Program-made: the position numbers and the translations under genes
In this document: one piece after another, positions 1 through 7,542 of the stretch
How the letters are laid out: the number at the start of each line of letters is the position of its first letter
How positions within the stretch are numbered: the first letter of the stretch is position 1
The notes under the pieces: model-generated
What the model was told of the DNA's origin: nothing
The model's database searches: none
The model's input: the letters and a program-made list of their open reading frames with translations, nothing else
IMG/VR virus record: IMGVR_UViG_3300045988_107065
DNA length: 34,387 nucleotides
Reading direction: 5' to 3' (one strand)
Source: a virus
Taxonomy: Duplodnaviria > Heunggongvirae > Uroviricota > Caudoviricetes

Positions 1-33
1 ACACTCTTTCCCTACACGACACTCTTCCGATCT
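1..33. other. Illumina TruSeq-type adapter sequence (ACACTCTTTCCCTACACGAC-ACTCTTCCGATCT, 1 mismatch to the universal adapter); not biological
   Basis: Exact recognisable adapter string at the contig edge; the ORF frame of the adjacent gene terminates inside it. Confidence 0.85.
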
Positions 34-767
34 GCATCTTTGAGTGTAGGGTAATCACCCCATTCGCCAACAGTAATAACAAAAGTATAATATGAGTTAA
101 AAACAGCGGCATTTTTGCCTTTGGATATCAACTCCTTAATCATAAAAATATTATCTTCGTAATCACAAGGAGAAATTATATCCCTCATTTTGCTTTGAAA
201 TGTTCGTTGTCTTGCCCCGCTTCCTGACGGTATAAACCAACCAAAACCACCAACAACCCCGGCGATTGCAGCATCGACATAATTACGCATTGAGCGATTA
301 TTTACAGCGTCCTGCTCAAATGATGGATCTGCAAGGTTAGAAATTTTGTTTTGCTTTGCATCGTAATATTTTGCAAGCAAAGATGGTTTCATCAATGCAC
401 GTCTGAACCACCCAAAACATCGCTGGATCAGCATCGTCAGGTAGTCAAATGCATCTTCATGAACTTCGGGGAAAAATTTTCCCTGATTGCGAAGATCAGT
501 CTCCTGCACCACATCAAGCACACGCTCTATCGTAATTCGCCAGCCAGCAGCAAGCGGCGACGGGAGAACCACTTCACCGCCACTATAAGTGCCCGCTCCA
601 GTTACCTTATAACCGGTATCCAGAACCAATTCTGTTACGTTCCCGTTCAGGTCAGACACCTGAACAACCAGGTCGGTTTTTTTGAAAATACGGAAGGTAT
701 ACGGAAATGATGTCGTAGCTCCGTTACCAGTGTATTCGTTGTGGTCAACTTCGGTTGAGACCGTCAT
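12..767 (-). CDS. Tail fibre/tailspike protein, N-terminal virion-attachment domain only; 3' end truncated by contig edge (true phage sequence 34-767; the stop at 12-14 lies in adapter)
   Basis: N-terminus NEYTGNGATTSFPYTF...DLVV resembles the T7 gp17 tail-fibre N-terminal domain (LDGSNRDFNIPFEY); 251 aa is too short for a complete fibre. Confidence 0.7.
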   Translation of the reverse strand: MTVSTEVDHNEYTGNGATTSFPYTFRIFKKTDLVVQVSDLNGNVTELVLDTGYKVTGAGTYSGGEVVLPSPLAAGWRITIERVLDVVQETDLRNQGKFFPEVHEDAFDYLTMLIQRCFGWFRRALMKPSLLAKYYDAKQNKISNLADPSFEQDAVNNRSMRNYVDAAIAGVVGGFGWFIPSGSGARQRTFQSKMRDIISPCDYEDNIFMIKELISKGKNAAVFNSYYTFVITVGEWGDYPTLKDADRKSVV

Positions 768-871
768 GTTAAATCTCCAGATAGTCGCAGCACCCGTTGC
801 GCCGCATATCTGGTTATTCTATTACCTGAAAAACCACATATGGATAGAAAGACTATAAATACCAATAGATA

Positions 872-886
872 TTACCTTTCGGGTAA
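872..886. promoter_or_regulatory. TTACC-N5-GGTAA palindrome (site 1), intergenic between tail fibre and the LexA-box gene
   Basis: attaccTTTCGggtaat, perfect inverted repeat. Confidence 0.5.
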
Positions 887-923
887 TTTGCAAAACGTGC
901 TGGATAGCAAACAAATTATTTGA

Positions 924-943
924 TACTGTATAAATATACAGTT
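924..943. promoter_or_regulatory. LexA (SOS) box
   Basis: TACTGTATAAATATACAGTT, 18/20 match to TACTGTATATATATACAGTA; CTGT-N8-ACAG core at 926-941; about 20 bp upstream of the ATG at 963. Confidence 0.7.
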
Positions 944-962
944 ATTGCATGGAGAAGATAAG

Positions 963-1220
963 ATGCAGCAGTATCACTATCCACTGGAAGACGGATTTAC
1001 CGAAAGGATTCACACGCCGGGAGGCGTCAGGTCACTGGTGGAGGGATCGCACTTGATGAAATTACTCCGGGATCTCGATAAGGATGGATTTAATGTCGAT
1101 GGCCCACTTGCCGAACTGACTGCACTGATTAACTACGTCACCAGCTCACAGATGTCTATGCAGGATCTGCAAACACATCTCGACTATTGTGCCGAACAAT
1201 TACGAAAACAAACCAGATAA
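963..1220 (+). CDS. Small protein (85 aa) homologous to the C-terminal domain of the adjacent Bro-N protein; candidate SOS-induced antirepressor
   Basis: ATG at 963 with GGAG 8 nt upstream (track ORF starts at an upstream TTG, 945); about 40% identity over about 75 aa with the C-terminus of the 1536-2231 product. Confidence 0.6.
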   Translation: MQQYHYPLEDGFTERIHTPGGVRSLVEGSHLMKLLRDLDKDGFNVDGPLAELTALINYVTSSQMSMQDLQTHLDYCAEQLRKQTR

Positions 1221-1251
1221 GGTTTGCAATTACCAAAAGGAGTGCTTATAT

Positions 1252-1266
1252 TTACCTTTGCGGTAA
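1252..1266. promoter_or_regulatory. TTACC-N5-GGTAA palindrome (site 2)
   Basis: atttaccTTTGCggtaaat. Confidence 0.45.
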
Positions 1267-1301
1267 ATTTACATCGCACTCCTCTTGTGCCATAGTAATC
1301 G

Positions 1302-1339
1302 GGCACTGGCAAAATCCAGTGCCGGGATTGGCGTCCCGG
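1302..1339 (+). other. Two tandem perfect hairpins (8 bp stem with CAAAAU loop; 6 bp stem with UUGGCG loop)
   Basis: ggcactgg-caaaat-ccagtgcc and ccggga-ttggcg-tcccgg read directly from sequence. Confidence 0.5.
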
Positions 1340-1358
1340 ATTACTAAAAGGCGCATTC

Positions 1359-1378
1359 ACCGCGCAAGCGGTTTTTTT
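1359..1378 (+). terminator. Rho-independent terminator
   Basis: accgc-gcaa-gcggt followed by TTTTTT. Confidence 0.6.
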
Positions 1379-1478
1379 ATGCGTATAGCACGGCCACATT
1401 CGTATTATGGTGGGCTGTGTGGGGGCACCGAAAGGTGCGCCGGGTCCTTTTAGCCGGTTACGCCAACCCTGCACAGTT

Positions 1479-1509
1479 CACCACCAACCGATTGGCGTCG
1501 GTAGTGGTG
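1479..1509 (+). other. Extended hairpin with UUGGCG loop in the Bro-N gene leader
   Basis: caccac-ca-accga-ttggcg-tcggt-a-gtggtg; same loop sequence as the hairpin at 1322-1339. Confidence 0.45.
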
Positions 1510-1535
1510 ATTAACCAGACTAAAAGGTAATCACT

Positions 1536-2231
1536 ATGACAGCTACAAAAAGCACGTCCATTTTTTCTTTCGAATCCCAAGCCGATATACGAGTAATCGT
1601 CATTAATGGTGAGCCATGGTTTATCGCTTCAGATGTTTGTCGGGCTATAGGCATAGCAAACCATCGAGATGCTGTTCGAAAACTTGATGATGATGAGAAG
1701 GGCGTCGCTTCAACCGACACCCCTGGCGGTGAACAAGAATCGATCATCATCTCCGAGTCAGGCCTCTACACACTGATCCTCCGCTGCCGCGACGCAGTGA
1801 CACCAGGCACTATCCCCTACCGCTTTCGTAAATGGGTTACAGGTGAGGTTCTTCCTCAGATCCGCCGCACCGGAAGCTACATTAAAAACTCGCTCCCGCA
1901 GGAAGAACGCATAAAGATGGTTGCCGACCAGGTAGCCAACGCCACAGCATCAGCAGTGATGCAGGCAATGAAGATAGAGAACAAAACCTACAGCGCCCCA
2001 CTGAAGCCCGGCTACCGCAGCCTGATTCATTCTCCGTCTGGTGTTCTCGGCCTGACGGAAAACTCACTGCTGATGAATCTGCTGAACCAGTTACAGGAAG
2101 ACGGGCACGACGTATCGGGTGCGGCGGCGGAGCTGACCACCATGTTCTGCTACATTGTTGGTGTGAGCAAATGCCTGCGTGATATCCAGACCCACGCGGA
2201 GTACATCAACGACAAGGCAGGGTTCTTCTGA
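1536..2231 (+). CDS. Bro-N domain protein (phage antirepressor-type, KilAC/Ant-like)
   Basis: N-terminal Bro-N signature (VINGEPWFIASDVCRAIGI...); C-terminal domain paralogous to the 963-1220 product. Confidence 0.8.
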   Translation: MTATKSTSIFSFESQADIRVIVINGEPWFIASDVCRAIGIANHRDAVRKLDDDEKGVASTDTPGGEQESIIISESGLYTLILRCRDAVTPGTIPYRFRKWVTGEVLPQIRRTGSYIKNSLPQEERIKMVADQVANATASAVMQAMKIENKTYSAPLKPGYRSLIHSPSGVLGLTENSLLMNLLNQLQEDGHDVSGAAAELTTMFCYIVGVSKCLRDIQTHAEYINDKAGFF

Positions 2232-2303
2232 CGGGCGGCGGCACAGGGATGTGCCTTTAAATAATTCTGTACAGATTGCAGACTGTGGGTGAATAGCGTA
2301 CTA

Positions 2304-2318
2304 TTACCTTAAAGGTAA
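2304..2318. promoter_or_regulatory. TTACC-N5-GGTAA palindrome (site 3), abutting the SD of the following ORF
   Basis: ttaccTTAAAggtaa followed by AGGAGG. Confidence 0.45.
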
Positions 2319-2330
2319 AGGAGGCGCGAT

Positions 2331-2498
2331 ATGACAGCGTTGAAAAATCGTACTCAGCACAATGAACAAGCCAAGCAATGCTGGGATGTCATTGGAAAAG
2401 TTATGCTTGGCCGCGCAAGCAAAGAGCGCGACAAGGATATGGTTTACCAGACAGGAACATCTTTCAGCGACTTCAAGGCGGCATTTCGCTCCAAATAG
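2331..2498 (+). CDS. Small hypothetical protein (55 aa), below the ORF-track size cutoff
   Basis: ATG with AGGAGG at ideal spacing; MTALKNRTQHNEQAKQCWDVIGKVMLGRASKERDKDMVYQTGTSFSDFKAAFRSK. Confidence 0.5.
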   Translation: MTALKNRTQHNEQAKQCWDVIGKVMLGRASKERDKDMVYQTGTSFSDFKAAFRSK

Positions 2499-2518
2499 AA
2501 GCACATCAGGAGTTTTCC

Positions 2519-2959
2519 TTGAAGTTTAACATTAGAATATCTAATAGTTTTCTACATGGGGAAAGCAACACCCCTTTCGCTGTAGACGGACCTTTCCTTA
2601 CTGATGATGAAATAAAAATCATACAAAGTTTTTTAGAGGATGTTGCCAATGGAAGGGCGCTTGTTGGAAAAAACAAGCCCTCGTGGGTTGATGATAACCA
2701 TGATAAAATTCCCGGCTCAGACAATTATGAGCAAGAGAATTATTGGCATTATCATTGTGGGCCAACATGGTATCCAAACACATTTAAGAATTATACCATT
2801 AACTTAAATTTCAACCCTGGCGGAAGGCATTCTAATGAATGCATTCATTATGCAAAAAATGATAATGAAATTGTCATTGTTGGATTTTCAAGAGAACACA
2901 TACCTTTCCTTTCATCAGATGGAAACAACAATCCGCTTTTTAATGATGAAGAAGAATAG
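2519..2959 (+). CDS. Hypothetical protein (about 146 aa), AT-rich accessory gene
   Basis: Probable TTG start at 2519 with AGGAG 6 nt upstream; the track's upstream extension (2378) overlaps the small ORF in another frame. Confidence 0.55.
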   Translation: MKFNIRISNSFLHGESNTPFAVDGPFLTDDEIKIIQSFLEDVANGRALVGKNKPSWVDDNHDKIPGSDNYEQENYWHYHCGPTWYPNTFKNYTINLNFNPGGRHSNECIHYAKNDNEIVIVGFSREHIPFLSSDGNNNPLFNDEEE

Positions 2960-2979
2960 CCCGCGCTGCGGGCTTTTTT
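2959..2979 (+). terminator. Rho-independent terminator
   Basis: gcccg-cgctg-cgggc followed by TTTTTT, directly after the stop codon. Confidence 0.65.
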
Positions 2980-3051
2980 GTGGGCGAAACAAAAGTCAGT
3001 GCTACACTCATTGACGCCACATTGAGGTGGCTTATAGATGGAAATTTCACA

Positions 3052-3213
3052 ATGAAAAAAGCATTTGCTGCACTGTTCGTTTTGTTGTCTCTGGTAGCTT
3101 CAACTCAGGCCTTTGCCGGTCGTTGTCAGCACGACAGCGACACTGCTGCTGACGGCTCCCGCTGCGGTGGGCGTTCTGCGGATTCCCGTCCGGGCGGCGG
3201 TGGCATTCGTTAA
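3052..3213 (+). CDS. Small secreted protein (53 aa) with N-terminal signal peptide and Gly/Arg-rich tail
   Basis: MKKAFAALFVLLSLVASTQAFA signal-peptide-like N-terminus; weak RBS. Confidence 0.45.
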   Translation: MKKAFAALFVLLSLVASTQAFAGRCQHDSDTAADGSRCGGRSADSRPGGGGIR

Positions 3214-3218
3214 AAACA

Positions 3219-3237
3219 AGGCCGCGAAAGCGGCCTG
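3219..3237 (-). terminator. Hairpin/terminator downstream of the minus-strand gene 3250-3708
   Basis: ggccgc-gaaa-gcggcc; on the minus strand followed by a T-rich run (TTGTTTTT). Confidence 0.45.
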
Positions 3238-3249
3238 TGACATGTCACG

Positions 3250-3708
3250 CTACTTGCGAAATCTTTCTTTACCCTTCCAGCCAGTAGATGTTAGTTCAGG
3301 ATGAATGGTTCCCAATATAAAGCCAACCATAGCGGAGCGAGGATCTTCTATTTTATCCGTTAATTCTTCGGCATAACTCACAGGCAACCAAGCAACAAGA
3401 TCACCAATCCTCAGCTTTGGTCCTTTGCTGTAAGATGAATCGGCAATAACAAAAAATCCACCATCAGCTGAGCACACCTTCAGCATTGCCCTTTGTCTTC
3501 CAGAATCCAGCAAAACTGGCTGTTCCCCACTGGGACCAGGTATGATGATGGCTGGCATTGGTTTATTGGCTGAAAGGCTTGTGTCAAGATACTTACACGC
3601 ATACTCAAAAGCTGAAAAGTTATCCTTAAAGATAAGAGGTTGAATTTTATTGCTAACCTCCTTACCACCGATTAATCTGTTGATCATCTTCTTGAACATA
3701 AAGGTCAC
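3250..3708 (-). CDS. Hypothetical protein (152 aa)
   Basis: Long ORF in AT-rich island; no recognisable motif. Confidence 0.5.
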   Translation of the reverse strand: MTFMFKKMINRLIGGKEVSNKIQPLIFKDNFSAFEYACKYLDTSLSANKPMPAIIIPGPSGEQPVLLDSGRQRAMLKVCSADGGFFVIADSSYSKGPKLRIGDLVAWLPVSYAEELTDKIEDPRSAMVGFILGTIHPELTSTGWKGKERFRK

Positions 3709-3711
3709 CTA

Positions 3712-4152
3712 ATGATTAAGCCGATGCACGCTATTACAGCTACCGTTTTGTTTATCCTACCAATTTTTTCGTTTGCAAACGACATATGTTTTAAGAATTT
3801 AATAAATGAGGATATGTGTGCACATGCAAACAAAATTGCATCAGAAGCAGGAAAGTCTCTTCCCATAAAATTGAATGATAATATGTCTATTGTTTCAATA
3901 AATGCAATACTAAACAAACTTTTAGTTGTAGCGCATCTTAATTACAACAACAGCTATTTATCAAAAGTTTATAATGGTGATGTAACCTTAGAAAATAAAT
4001 TAAAGAGTGTAATGCGAAATTATTCAAAATCGAGCATTTGCTCCAACAGGCAAATGAAAGCATTTATTCACCTTGGCGGAGAGATTGAGTATAGGTATGT
4101 ATTTAGTGATGGCAATATATTTGATACATACGCCATCACTAATTGTGAATAG
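3712..4152 (+). CDS. Hypothetical secreted/periplasmic protein (146 aa) with signal peptide
   Basis: Hydrophobic N-terminus (AITATVLFILPIFSFA); AT-rich; stop codon abuts the stop of the convergent gene at 4153. Confidence 0.55.
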   Translation: MIKPMHAITATVLFILPIFSFANDICFKNLINEDMCAHANKIASEAGKSLPIKLNDNMSIVSINAILNKLLVVAHLNYNNSYLSKVYNGDVTLENKLKSVMRNYSKSSICSNRQMKAFIHLGGEIEYRYVFSDGNIFDTYAITNCE

Positions 4153-7100
4153 CTATTTCATCTGCTCTTCAACTTTATTTAGTAACGGTGATATCGCCCA
4201 CAGGTTCTGAAAAGGTAGCATTTTACGGACCGCGTGGGTTTGCTGGCTGTCAAATTCTCCGTTAAGTACACCATTCGCAACCGTCGCGGCATCACCGCCA
4301 AGATCAAAGGTAGGACCAAGTAAAGCACCAATAGCATTACGACTCTGAAACCTTGATACCGGAGGCGCACCAAACATCGCGCCAAGACCAAACCTACCGC
4401 CGCTTATGTTCTCAACGGTATTCAGCGGCTCAGAGAGCCAGCCAAGCATTCCGCCCCGGTCGATCCCCTCTTTCACAAGGTTATTCCAGCTGTAGTCGAT
4501 ATCGCGACCGCTTAACTTCTGTTTCATCATATAGACCATTGAGCCAAGCGCAATCGTGCCAAGCGCACCAAGATAGAATGCAGCATCGCCCTGCTGGATA
4601 CCAGATACTAGCACCCTGTTATGCTGTGCGAAGATAAACGTTTTGAACTGCGTGATCATCTTCCAGCCTTCTTTACTAAAAAACAGCGGTGTATCACCTA
4701 CGCCAGGCGTTACAATCACTGAGTCTACATCTTTCAGCACTGCAGACTGGAAAATCTCTCTAGCGAAACGGTCATCCCACAGATGACTATGCCCGGTTAA
4801 CAGCCCGTCCATATCCTCTCCGTGCTTCCCGAATTGCTCCCCGATTCGACGCAGAACATCTTCATTGATGCCGACCTGTGCCATCTTCCGCATTTCACTT
4901 TTGGAGAGCGTGCCACCAGCAGAAACTTGGCGAGCCGCGTCAAGTATCCTCGACTGCACTATCATCCCGGACCATGATTTAAGTGCGCTGTTCCACTGAT
5001 TCATCAGCGTCCAGTTACCGAATTTCTGCGTCATCCAGTTCAGACCTCGCTCAGCGGCGCTTCTCCGGCTATAGGGGTCAGTAAGATCCGCTATAGCCTT
5101 TGTACGCGTAGACAGGACATAATCAAGCCCAACGGCCATTTCTCGCAAATCCCTGGTTGCAATTTTCACTGAGTCCATATTTTTAAGCATGCTTACCATT
5201 GGTCCGAGAGATTTTCTCAGGCCATGCTGCATCATCGGTCGCATCAGATCAGTTGCAGCGGAGACAGTCATTCCACCAAGCAAACGGAGGAAGTTAATAT
5301 TCCTAGCAACTCGCCCGGCACGAACAAAGAAACTGCGTGGATCTTGAGGTGCGCCGTAAGTACCAAGCAGTCGATCACGCATAGCCGTAATATCCCTAAT
5401 ATCAGCCTCCCGTTGCTTCTCAAGAACTGCACGTCGTTTAGGTGTTTTAGCCTCTTTTATTAGCCGGGTATATTCCTCACTAACCTGACGGATTTGCTCC
5501 CCCATATCTTTACGGCCAAACTGCGCAGTCAGCTCAATTTCTGGTGCCACCTGCCGGAGATAACTTTCCATGATGTAGTTAACATCTGATTCAAGAAAAT
5601 CTTCTATACGCTCATCAGGAATAAGCAGCGTTCTGCTTTTAGTGAAACCAGCCCGACCAACGAGTCTCTCTGGGATAATATCGGCTGGTACAAGCCCGGA
5701 AGGTGCGCCTATTATTTTATTCACGATCTCGTCAGCAGCGTCCTCTGCTTCCTCTCGGGATAGAGGCTCCATCTGCTTCAGTGCTCGTTCGCGGCTTGCA
5801 TTCAGCCTTGTGGTTGAATTTGCCCGTTTTTGCAGTCGGCGAAGCTCAGAACGATATTTCCGTGGATTATCCAGCAACTCCATATGGCGCTGATAGACAG
5901 GAAGCTCACTCTTTGCCTGCGCTATATCATCAAGGCGTGTTTTAAGGTCAGAGCTTTCTTTCATCATTCTTGCCTGAAGTTTTTCTGATGAAGTCTCGGC
6001 CAACTCTTTTTCTATTCTTGTAAGACGCGCCTGTGTGTCAGTCTCCTGAGATATAAGCTTATTTCGTTTATCCAGTTCTTCCATGAGTAGAATTTTTTTA
6101 CCAGACCATTTCTCCGCTTCAGCGATTTCACTAGCGAGAGCATCAGCGCGCGGTGCTGATTCCTCTGCAGTTTTTAGCAATGAATTTATCTTTTCAATTC
6201 GCTTACCTGCTTTGTCAGCACCTTTGGCACTAATCCCTTGTATCCAGTTGGCAATTCGCCCTCTGAATTCAGTGCGGTCGGAAAGTATCTTATCGAACTT
6301 ATAAATGCGGGGAAGATAACTTTTCGCCGTCACGACATCGATATCCTCAGGAAGGATCCCCAGTTCCTGCATACGGGCTTTTGTGGTCTCAAAAATGGGG
6401 CGGATTCTGGCGGCTGCTTGTGAAACCTCAGGAATATCACTCTGATCACCACGGCGCATAGCCATGCCAACAGCTTCATTGAAATCAATAAAGCTCATCC
6501 TCTTCACGCCGCGGGCGCTGACAGATTTGCTGTACTGCTGGTAAGCATCACGAGTAGCTTCCATCTGCTTATAAAGCATGGCATCGTATTGCTTAATCTT
6601 AGTCTCGACTGCCGTAAACGTAGCCAACCCCTCATCATTTTTGGCGAAGAAATAGTTATTTTCGGCAAGCTGCTGGTTAATCTGACGGGAAACAAGAGAT
6701 GGTGATTGCGCCAAGCGGCCAGCAGGAGTGACACTCAACGTTTTGTTAGCAAGTCCAAGTCCAGCGAGCTGTTCCTGATCGAGTGTGGTATTGAAAACCT
6801 GAGCTGCACCAATGCTTTGAGGAGAATCCATACCTCGCAAATGATTACCTACTGAGTTAACCACTGCCTCGCGCGCGCTAGGTCCAGCAAGTAGCTGTGC
6901 ACCAGCACCAAGGATCCCACCAACGAGAGCATCAATAACAACGTTCGATACGCTCTCCATCGGTGAGCGAGCTTCCTGAGTGGCCTGTAATGCGGCTTCT
7001 GATACTCCCCCACCAGCAGCATTCGCCAAGGCAAAACGCCCTGCCGTCTCAGCAATACTTCCTCCACGCGCTACCGCCCCTACAGGGATGAACATTGCAG

Positions 7101-7542
7101 CCACATTAACCGGGTCTATCATTCCCATTGCTAAGCTTGAAATAGTACCAGCACCACCCATTTCAGATAGATATTCTCTATCTGTTCTTTGCTTATCGAT
7201 TCGATGTTTAATTGCCATTGTTTCTTCAGGCGAACCGGAGTTGATAAACGAATCTGCAAAATCTTCATAGCCTTTAATATCTGCTGCATCGTTATCAAAT
7301 GGGTTATATCCTTCAACCCTGTCAAACTGACTGAAAGGAGCACTGGCAATAAAACTACCCAGCGTGTTATCTATACGAAATGCTGCTTGTCTAGACCTTT
7401 GAACGCGTTGATCACTGCTAAATGGGTTCACAGCAGAAAGCAAAGAAGGTGTTTCCATATAGAAATTACTGTCATCAGGTGCTGCTATTTGCTGAATATC
7501 CTCGCCAAGCAACTCTTTAGGATCCTGTTCATATATCGGCAT
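4153..7542 (-). CDS. Large internal virion/ejection protein (1129 aa) with long coiled-coil region (T7 gp16-like position)
   Basis: Size, Gly-rich N-terminus, E/K/R-rich coiled-coil segment, position last in the structural operon; start overlaps upstream stop (TAATG). Confidence 0.55.
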   Translation of the reverse strand: MPIYEQDPKELLGEDIQQIAAPDDSNFYMETPSLLSAVNPFSSDQRVQRSRQAAFRIDNTLGSFIASAPFSQFDRVEGYNPFDNDAADIKGYEDFADSFINSGSPEETMAIKHRIDKQRTDREYLSEMGGAGTISSLAMGMIDPVNVAAMFIPVGAVARGGSIAETAGRFALANAAGGGVSEAALQATQEARSPMESVSNVVIDALVGGILGAGAQLLAGPSAREAVVNSVGNHLRGMDSPQSIGAAQVFNTTLDQEQLAGLGLANKTLSVTPAGRLAQSPSLVSRQINQQLAENNYFFAKNDEGLATFTAVETKIKQYDAMLYKQMEATRDAYQQYSKSVSARGVKRMSFIDFNEAVGMAMRRGDQSDIPEVSQAAARIRPIFETTKARMQELGILPEDIDVVTAKSYLPRIYKFDKILSDRTEFRGRIANWIQGISAKGADKAGKRIEKINSLLKTAEESAPRADALASEIAEAEKWSGKKILLMEELDKRNKLISQETDTQARLTRIEKELAETSSEKLQARMMKESSDLKTRLDDIAQAKSELPVYQRHMELLDNPRKYRSELRRLQKRANSTTRLNASRERALKQMEPLSREEAEDAADEIVNKIIGAPSGLVPADIIPERLVGRAGFTKSRTLLIPDERIEDFLESDVNYIMESYLRQVAPEIELTAQFGRKDMGEQIRQVSEEYTRLIKEAKTPKRRAVLEKQREADIRDITAMRDRLLGTYGAPQDPRSFFVRAGRVARNINFLRLLGGMTVSAATDLMRPMMQHGLRKSLGPMVSMLKNMDSVKIATRDLREMAVGLDYVLSTRTKAIADLTDPYSRRSAAERGLNWMTQKFGNWTLMNQWNSALKSWSGMIVQSRILDAARQVSAGGTLSKSEMRKMAQVGINEDVLRRIGEQFGKHGEDMDGLLTGHSHLWDDRFAREIFQSAVLKDVDSVIVTPGVGDTPLFFSKEGWKMITQFKTFIFAQHNRVLVSGIQQGDAAFYLGALGTIALGSMVYMMKQKLSGRDIDYSWNNLVKEGIDRGGMLGWLSEPLNTVENISGGRFGLGAMFGAPPVSRFQSRNAIGALLGPTFDLGGDAATVANGVLNGEFDSQQTHAVRKMLPFQNLWAISPLLNKVEEQMK

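Noticed and set aside
351-710. 119 aa plus-strand ORF inside the tail fibre gene
   Set aside because: Antisense to the tail fibre N-terminal domain, which has a recognisable motif; Cys/His-rich junk translation.
2378-2518. N-terminal extension of the 2378-2959 track ORF
   Set aside because: Overlaps the better-supported 55 aa ORF (2331-2498, AGGAGG RBS) in another frame; a TTG at 2519 with its own AGGAG is a more credible start.
2980-3051. N-terminal extension of the 2980-3213 track ORF
   Set aside because: Begins inside the upstream terminator; the signal-peptide-like sequence starts at the ATG at 3052.
4153-7542. Siphovirus-type tape measure protein
   Set aside because: The coiled-coil content fits, but there are no tail tube/sheath or tail assembly chaperone genes; neighbours are T7-like tube A/B-size proteins and a T7-type fibre, so a podovirus internal ejection protein is more consistent.
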